Source: an uncultured cyanobacterium (lineage in GTDB: Bacteria > Cyanobacteriota > Cyanobacteriia > Pseudanabaenales > Pseudanabaenaceae). From it: a DNA stretch of 64,000 bases. Below, in pieces: positions 58,184 through 64,000 of the stretch. Position 1 is the stretch's first letter. Each line of letters begins with the position of its first letter. The notes under the pieces are model-generated. The model was not told where the DNA came from and made no database searches. It saw only the letters and a list, made by a program, of their open reading frames with translations. Where the stretch lies: assembly GCA_963703315.1 (NCBI GenBank), contig OY969811.1, positions 3,360,001 through 3,424,000 of the forward strand, in the 5' to 3' direction. Made by a program: the position numbers and the translations under genes.

Positions 58184-60508
58184 CTAACGACCTCCCGTTT
58201 TATCAGTGGAGTCAACGCGGAATCGTTCCACAGAGTCTTGAAGGCTACGGGCAACACCTACCAGATTTTGGAGTGAAGCTGACACCCTTTGGGACTCTTG
58301 GGATGTTTCTTGGGCGGTTAACTCAACTGATTGCATAACCTGTGATACGGTTCGTGATGTCTCGGTTTGTTTAACTGTATCTTCAGTAATCGAAAATACT
58401 AAGGTTTCAATGCGGTGCGCCACTTGAATAATATCGGTTAGCGATTGGCGGGCTTGTTCAGCACGTTTAGTACCATCGATAACCTGTTGTGTGCCGACTT
58501 CCATCGCTTGTTGCACGTTACTGGTTTCACTTTGAATTTGCAATACGATTTGTTCGATTTCTTTCGATGCTTTGGCAGCCCGATCAGCGAGTTGTCGAAC
58601 TTCGTCCGCCACGATCGCAAATCCTCTACCTGCATCTCCTGCTCTCGCAGCTTCAATACTAGCGTTCAGTGCGAGTAAGTTGGTACGGGAGGCGATCGAA
58701 GAAATTAAACCAACGATCTTAGAAATTTCCTGTGAAGACTCACCAAGACGCTTAACCTTGCGAGTAGTTTCGGCAACCGTTTCCCGAATGTCGAGAATAC
58801 CTGCTACGGTACGTTCTACCGCGTCACCGCCCTTGATCGCTGTCTCAGACGCGAGCTTCGCAACTTGATCCGCTTCCCGCGCACTCTCAGCCACACGTTG
58901 AATCGATTCGGTCATCATTTGCACAGAGTTCAAAGTTACGCTTAACTCTTCCGCTTGGCGTAACGCATCCGATGACAAACTGCGGGCAAATGCTTCATTC
59001 TCACGAGAGCTATCGTTAACTTGACGCGCCGCAATTTTTACTTGGTTAACAATCTCACGCAGGTTTTGAATCGTGAGGTTAAAGGAGTCAGCTACCGCGC
59101 CGAGTACGTTGGCGGTCACCTCCGCTTGTACAGTCAAGTCACCTCGTGCCGCGCCTTCTACGTCATCCAGCAAGCGGATGACCTGACGTTGTAAATCTTC
59201 TTTGGCTTGCTCTTGTTCCGCCGCTTTGCGCTGGGCTTCAGTGGTGTTTGACACAATCGACTGAATCATTTGGTTAAAGCTGGCTGCCAATTTGCCAAAC
59301 TCATCTTCACTATAGACCGCAGCACGGGGATTCATGTCACCACGAATGACAGCTTCAAACTGAGCTTGCAGGTTTTCAGTTGATTGCTCAATTAGCTTAG
59401 ACGAGCGTTTACCTAACCCCCAAGCGATCGAACCACTAGCGATCGCGCCAGCCGCAGCCATCATCAAACCAGTATTGCGAAGCTGTTCACGTTGTCCCTG
59501 CTCTTTGATTGTGCCTATAGTTAAAGTGATCACTACGCCTGCGGTGACCGCTCCCACAACTCCAGCCGCGATCGCCGTGATCAGGCTCTTGGTCTTGAGA
59601 GGCATATTATCAAAGGGAGAGAATAGCCCCCCCTGCTCAGAGGATTCAGCCACAACCTCAACATTGACTCGCTTTGTTCCTACTGGTGCATTAATTGCCC
59701 CTAATCCAAATAACTCTGCCTCACTTTCCGATTGATTAAATCTTGCTGTAGATGCATCCTGCCCTACTGACTTCATATTGCGCCCAGAGGTTGTAAAGTC
59801 TTGATTACCAAAGTCTGCTAGCGATCGATCAGATGCCATCTGAGTTGCCTCTGAATCACTAAAGGAACTGGAAAAAGATGATTCACTAATGTCATCAAAA
59901 TCATCAAATTCATCCATAAACACAACATCATTGGCAGCAAGATTGCCTGAATCGTTAGGACTATGATTAGAATTAAAGTTGGCTGATCCTGTAATCTGGG
60001 TTTCCGCACTATAGTCATACTGGCTAGAACCGTTATTCATCCCCCCCCCAGTACTAAAGTCTTCAAAGTCAAAATCTTCAACGTGGGTTGAGCCACTTTG
60101 TCCACTACTATTATCTGAAGACCAAGCGCCCTGCATATAGGTTGATTGGGTATTGTAAGCATATTGATTATTGCTAAAGTCGTCTACTGATGACTTGCCT
60201 ATATCTCCTAGACCGTAGCTATCATCATTAAGATCTAATCTTTCTTTGGCAGCCGCAATACCACTATGTGCATATTCCAAAATTGAGTTGTCATCAGTCA
60301 ATTGCAGAACTGTTTCATATTCACCAATTGAATCTTGGTAGCGCTCTAGGGCGAGGTTAATATGAGCATGAAGTAAACGATACATAGGATCGCTAGGACA
60401 GACTTTAACGAGTTCCTGTGTTAATCTGCCAGCCTGACTGTAGTCTCCCTGCATATATGCTAGGGAAGCTTTTTCGTATTCTTTTTGGTATTGCGTACTT
60501 GATGCCAT
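58184..60508 (-). CDS. Methyl-accepting chemotaxis protein with N-terminal TPR (PilJ/HmpD-type)
   Basis: [16 protein letters not shown] signalling tip; HAMP; two TM helices. Confidence 0.95.
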   Translation of the reverse strand: MASSTQYQKEYEKASLAYMQGDYSQAGRLTQELVKVCPSDPMYRLLHAHINLALERYQDSIGEYETVLQLTDDNSILEYAHSGIAAAKERLDLNDDSYGLGDIGKSSVDDFSNNQYAYNTQSTYMQGAWSSDNSSGQSGSTHVEDFDFEDFSTGGGMNNGSSQYDYSAETQITGSANFNSNHSPNDSGNLAANDVVFMDEFDDFDDISESSFSSSFSDSEATQMASDRSLADFGNQDFTTSGRNMKSVGQDASTARFNQSESEAELFGLGAINAPVGTKRVNVEVVAESSEQGGLFSPFDNMPLKTKSLITAIAAGVVGAVTAGVVITLTIGTIKEQGQREQLRNTGLMMAAAGAIASGSIAWGLGKRSSKLIEQSTENLQAQFEAVIRGDMNPRAAVYSEDEFGKLAASFNQMIQSIVSNTTEAQRKAAEQEQAKEDLQRQVIRLLDDVEGAARGDLTVQAEVTANVLGAVADSFNLTIQNLREIVNQVKIAARQVNDSSRENEAFARSLSSDALRQAEELSVTLNSVQMMTESIQRVAESAREADQVAKLASETAIKGGDAVERTVAGILDIRETVAETTRKVKRLGESSQEISKIVGLISSIASRTNLLALNASIEAARAGDAGRGFAIVADEVRQLADRAAKASKEIEQIVLQIQSETSNVQQAMEVGTQQVIDGTKRAEQARQSLTDIIQVAHRIETLVFSITEDTVKQTETSRTVSQVMQSVELTAQETSQESQRVSASLQNLVGVARSLQDSVERFRVDSTDKTGGR

Positions 60509-60645
60509 GTGCTTTCTCCTAAAGTCCCTAAAACCAATGTCAATTGCTCGAAATCATCTGGAAATTACTGAAAATTATCTGTCTGGTAGCTTTTGCCTGT
60601 TGCTATATATTTAATGTCATTCACATACATTCGCACAGGCTTTGT

Positions 60646-61173
60646 CTAGGATGCCCACCTTGCTGACCGCAAAATATTGACTTGATCTAGCAGCTTTAGG
60701 GGTTCACTTTCTTCCATTATCCACTCACCTTTGATGAATGGAGCCATACTATCAGAACTATTTCTAGAGACGTGTAATTGTGAAGAATCAAGCCAAGCCA
60801 TCACACCGATTTGCTCTACTGCTAACCCTAACATCATGCCTTGATCCTCGATCGCAATGATTGAAATTTCAGCCCGATCCGTATTTACAGGCGGAGCCTC
60901 TCCCAAAAATTGACCGAGATCGCCTACCCAAACTACTCTACCCCGAATATTTACGGTTCCTAGCAACAGAGGAGAAACATTGGGCATCGGGTTGATCTTA
61001 TCAGGCGCATATTCTAAAACTTGACTGACTCCAATTGCAGGTAAAGCAAACTCAATTCCAGAAGCCACAAAAAATCTTAAGTGCAGCTCACCTTCTGGAG
61101 CTTCGATACCTTGGTCAAAGTCAGTTGCCTGATCTTGTCCCATGCCAGGGAAGAATTCTTGATTTCCTACCAT
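60646..61173 (-). CDS. CheW-like adaptor (PilI/HmpC-type)
   Basis: PMPNVSPLLLGTVNIRGRV motif; ATG at 61173 preferred over TTG at 61197. Confidence 0.92.
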   Translation of the reverse strand: MVGNQEFFPGMGQDQATDFDQGIEAPEGELHLRFFVASGIEFALPAIGVSQVLEYAPDKINPMPNVSPLLLGTVNIRGRVVWVGDLGQFLGEAPPVNTDRAEISIIAIEDQGMMLGLAVEQIGVMAWLDSSQLHVSRNSSDSMAPFIKGEWIMEESEPLKLLDQVNILRSARWAS

Positions 61174-61337
61174 AATTTGAGGATCTCTACCTTGCAAAAT
61201 AGCAACTTTATAAGTTAAGTGTCTTGAAGCTTTAAAAAATATTGAGAATATTGAGAAAATATTAAAGTATTGATGTTAACCAACAGACTTTAAATAATCA
61301 ATAATTGTGCATACTTTTAGTGTCTTTAGTGAGACTT

Positions 61338-61706
61338 TTAAGTTTTTCTAAGTAACTGCTTGACAGTGCCAACTAGTTCTTGAGGCTGAAAAGGCTTAGC
61401 TATGTATGCGTCAGCCCCTTGCTTCATACCCCAGTAGCGATCAAATTCTTCCCCCTTAGATGAACACATTACGACAGGAACGCGTTCGGTTTTAGGGTCA
61501 GTTTTAATCCGCCGACATAGTTCATAGCCATTCATGCGGGGCATGACGATGTCCATAACTACGATATCTGGGCAAGTACCTTGCATTTGCTCTAGTGCTT
61601 CCACACCGTCGCCTGCTGTCTTTACAGTTAAGCCACTACCTTTGAGTAAGTCCTCAATCATTTCTCGTTGTGTCACGCTGTCTTCAACCACCAGAACTGT
61701 ACTCAT
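61338..61706 (-). CDS. CheY-like response regulator (PilH/HmpB-type)
   Basis: VVEDS, DIVMP and WGMKQGADAYIAKPF motifs. Confidence 0.95.
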   Translation of the reverse strand: MSTVLVVEDSVTQREMIEDLLKGSGLTVKTAGDGVEALEQMQGTCPDIVVMDIVMPRMNGYELCRRIKTDPKTERVPVVMCSSKGEEFDRYWGMKQGADAYIAKPFQPQELVGTVKQLLRKT

Positions 61707-61951
61707 ACACGAATGCCCCGATAGGATTCTTCCACTAGCAACTCACTAAATACATTAGGAATATTTAAGATTAGTATCTGCTGGATGCAGCACATACTAA
61801 CTTTTAGATCGATTAGATCCAAGTTATTGCTTAATTATTTATCAAACTGCTCATATTTTAGTCTTCTCTGGACAGAGAGATTAAGATTAGAGCCAAAAGT
61901 CAAGACACAAAATAGCACGTATAGTACTTGACGCTCCAAATTAAAGGTAAA

Positions 61952-62002
61952 TAATTTTTAGATGATGTCCCACGCGAAGCGTGGGACATCATCTAAAAAT
62001 TA
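61952..62002. repeat. Perfect palindrome containing the comM stop codon
   Basis: taatttttagatgatgtcccacgc-gaa-gcgtgggacatcatctaaaaatta. Confidence 0.85.
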
Positions 62003-63523
62003 AGTGGCACGATCAAGGGTTCGGTATTGAACTGCTTCGGCAATATGGACTATTTGAATATTTTCGGCATTGGCAAGATCCGCGATCGTCCGCGATACCT
62101 TGAGAATGCGATCGGTTGCCCGCGCTGACAAACCTAAACGCTTAATTGCTGCTTCTAATAAATCGCGAGAAGGATCATCTAATTTGCACCATTGACGTAA
62201 ATGCCTAGACTGCATCTGAGCATTGCAATTTACCTTGATTTCTGATTGAAAGCGGTTTTGTTGGATTTTACGTGATGCTTGTACCCTTTCTTTAACCGCG
62301 CTGGAGTTTTCTCCCTCATGAGATCTCGTCATCTCGTCAGGCTTTAATCTAGCGACAGTTACTTGCAAATCAATCCGATCCATTAAAGGTCCTGACAGTT
62401 TTGCCCAATATTGTTCACGCTGTCGGGGTGTGCAGGTACAAGGCTGTACCGAATCGCCGTAATAACCACACTGGCAAGGGTTTGTACTGGCGACGAGCGT
62501 AAATTGGGCTGGAAAAGTTACCGATTGTCTGGTGCGCGAAATGCTCACAAAGCCGTCTTCTAAAGGTTGTCGCAAAAATTCTAAGACATCCCGCTTAAAT
62601 TCAGTAAGCTCATCCAGAAACAAAACCCCATTAGTAGCAAGGGTAATTTCTCCTGGTCTGGGGAAACTCCCACCACCGACTAATGAAGGTCCAGAAGCAG
62701 AATGATGCGGACTCCGAAAGGGGCGATCGCTTACGAGTCCTTTACCTTTTAATAAACCAGCTACAGAGTGAATTCTGGTTACTTCTAAGGCTTCATCAAA
62801 GTTCATGTTCGGCAAAATGCTGGGTAAGCGTCTTGCGAGGAGAGTTTTTCCTGATCCAGGAGGACCAACAAAAATTAAATTATGTCCACCTGCGGCGGCA
62901 ATTTCTAAGGCGCGACGAGCGTGTTGCTGACCTTTAACATCTTTAAGATCTAGCTTAAATTCACTGTCATTCCACTTCAGGTCGGGATTAGCGACTACTG
63001 GTCGATATTTATCGGGATGCGCTAAGAAATCACCGACTTCAGTAATGCTTTGCAAGCCGTACACTGCCATGCCTTTAACTAAAGCGGCTTCCTGAGCATT
63101 TTCCTTTGGGACGATCATCCCCATGATGCCTAGTCGCTGGGCGGCGGCGGCGATCGGTAATACACCTGAAACAGGACGGAGGGAACCATCAAGAGATACT
63201 TCGCCTAAGAATAAATGATCACCTAATAACTGTGGATCAACCTGCTCCGAGGCGGCTAAGATGCCAATACTAATTGGTAGGTCAAAAATAGGACCTTCTT
63301 TACGCAGGTCAGCAGGAGTGAGGTTAATCACAATCTTTCGCATTGGGAAAGCATATCCCGCATTTTTGATTGCTGCCTTAACACGTTCGCGGCTTTCTTG
63401 AACTGCGGTATCGGGTAATCCGACGAGGGTAATTCCGGGCAAGCCACCCAACACATCCACTTCCACCCCTACTTGGATGGCATCGATACCTAAAATTGCG
63501 GCACTCCAAACCCTTGCTAGCAC
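62000..63523 (-). CDS. comM: YifB/ComM Mg-chelatase-like AAA+ ATPase
   Basis: VGLPD..VQESRERV, GPPGSGKT, RPFRSPHH, LFLDE and NPCQCG motifs. Confidence 0.92.
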   Translation of the reverse strand: MLARVWSAAILGIDAIQVGVEVDVLGGLPGITLVGLPDTAVQESRERVKAAIKNAGYAFPMRKIVINLTPADLRKEGPIFDLPISIGILAASEQVDPQLLGDHLFLGEVSLDGSLRPVSGVLPIAAAAQRLGIMGMIVPKENAQEAALVKGMAVYGLQSITEVGDFLAHPDKYRPVVANPDLKWNDSEFKLDLKDVKGQQHARRALEIAAAGGHNLIFVGPPGSGKTLLARRLPSILPNMNFDEALEVTRIHSVAGLLKGKGLVSDRPFRSPHHSASGPSLVGGGSFPRPGEITLATNGVLFLDELTEFKRDVLEFLRQPLEDGFVSISRTRQSVTFPAQFTLVASTNPCQCGYYGDSVQPCTCTPRQREQYWAKLSGPLMDRIDLQVTVARLKPDEMTRSHEGENSSAVKERVQASRKIQQNRFQSEIKVNCNAQMQSRHLRQWCKLDDPSRDLLEAAIKRLGLSARATDRILKVSRTIADLANAENIQIVHIAEAVQYRTLDRAT

Positions 63524-63670
63524 TTTTTTCTGTGACCAAGCCTTACAAAATTTACTGAATACAAATTACTGTGAGCCAAGACTACCATAAAAAACAAGAG
63601 GCGATTTGCAGTGCAAATCCCCGCAAATCGCCATCTAAAGAGAGTTGATACGCTTCATGATTTAGCTCTT

Positions 63671-63955
63671 TTAATGCTCCGACAAACTAAGCGATCGCAT
63701 ATTAATTTCTTGTAATTCGGGAATTTCTACTAATGTGACAGTTGCCACTCTTTCATGGAAGGATTCATTTAAGAATGAATTGCGGGCATCGGTGGAGTAC
63801 CAAGATGATTCAAAAGGATGGTCTGCAAGGCTACAAGCTTCCCATGTAGAAATAACAGGCACATCTAATTTTCCACAAAATCCGCCCCTTCTTCCTTCAG
63901 GATTATAATGCTGACACAATTTGCAAGCTGTAACTGAGTTACCTGAAGTGTTCAT
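63671..63955 (-). CDS. Small Cys-rich cyanobacterial hypothetical protein
   Basis: CKLCQHY.PEGRRGG.C...W.AC pattern. Confidence 0.75.
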   Translation of the reverse strand: MNTSGNSVTACKLCQHYNPEGRRGGFCGKLDVPVISTWEACSLADHPFESSWYSTDARNSFLNESFHERVATVTLVEIPELQEINMRSLSLSEH

Positions 63956-64000
63956 ATATCTAAATTTGGCTTTGCCAAAATTATTAAAATTAATTTTGTT

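Larger units (their letters stand above)
1..64000. repeat. HIP1 octamer GCGATCGC dispersed throughout
   Basis: Many dozens of copies, in and between genes (e.g. 98, 684, 1974, 4080); not counted exactly. Confidence 0.95.

Noticed and set aside
52184..60508. Numerous short antisense or alternate-frame ORFs inside cheA, mcp and other long genes
   Set aside because: They are contained within well-supported genes and have no independent motifs.
301..62002. Repeated palindromes as a CRISPR array
   Set aside because: They are dispersed and variable, have no regular repeat-spacer period, and there are no cas genes.

Overview
Cyanobacterial chromosomal window, identified by the dense HIP1 octamer GCGATCGC, petM and four Uma2 genes; the gene and repeat style suggests a Pseudanabaena-like filament (inference). 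Most genes are housekeeping: cobQ (partial), cbiB, accB-efp, thioredoxin, COG0523 GTPase, trpA, menB, petM, plsY, thiE, pepN, ubiX, argD, recN and comM. It also carries a 10-kb four-gene DUF11/beta-barrel/OmpA surface-structure operon, a divergent two-partner secretion pair, signalling genes and a Pil/Hmp-type chemosensory cluster. Intergenic DNA is crowded with short palindromic MITE/REP-like elements, including a triple-nested insertion with TA target duplications. The best novel candidate is an apparent programmed -1 frameshift (G-run, 6-nt spacer, 9-bp stem-loop containing the stop codon) that would join a small ribbon-helix-helix ORF to a start-less downstream frame. No rRNA, tRNA, CRISPR array or transposase gene was seen. 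All family assignments come from motif recognition, not database searches, and repeat coordinates may be off by a few bases.
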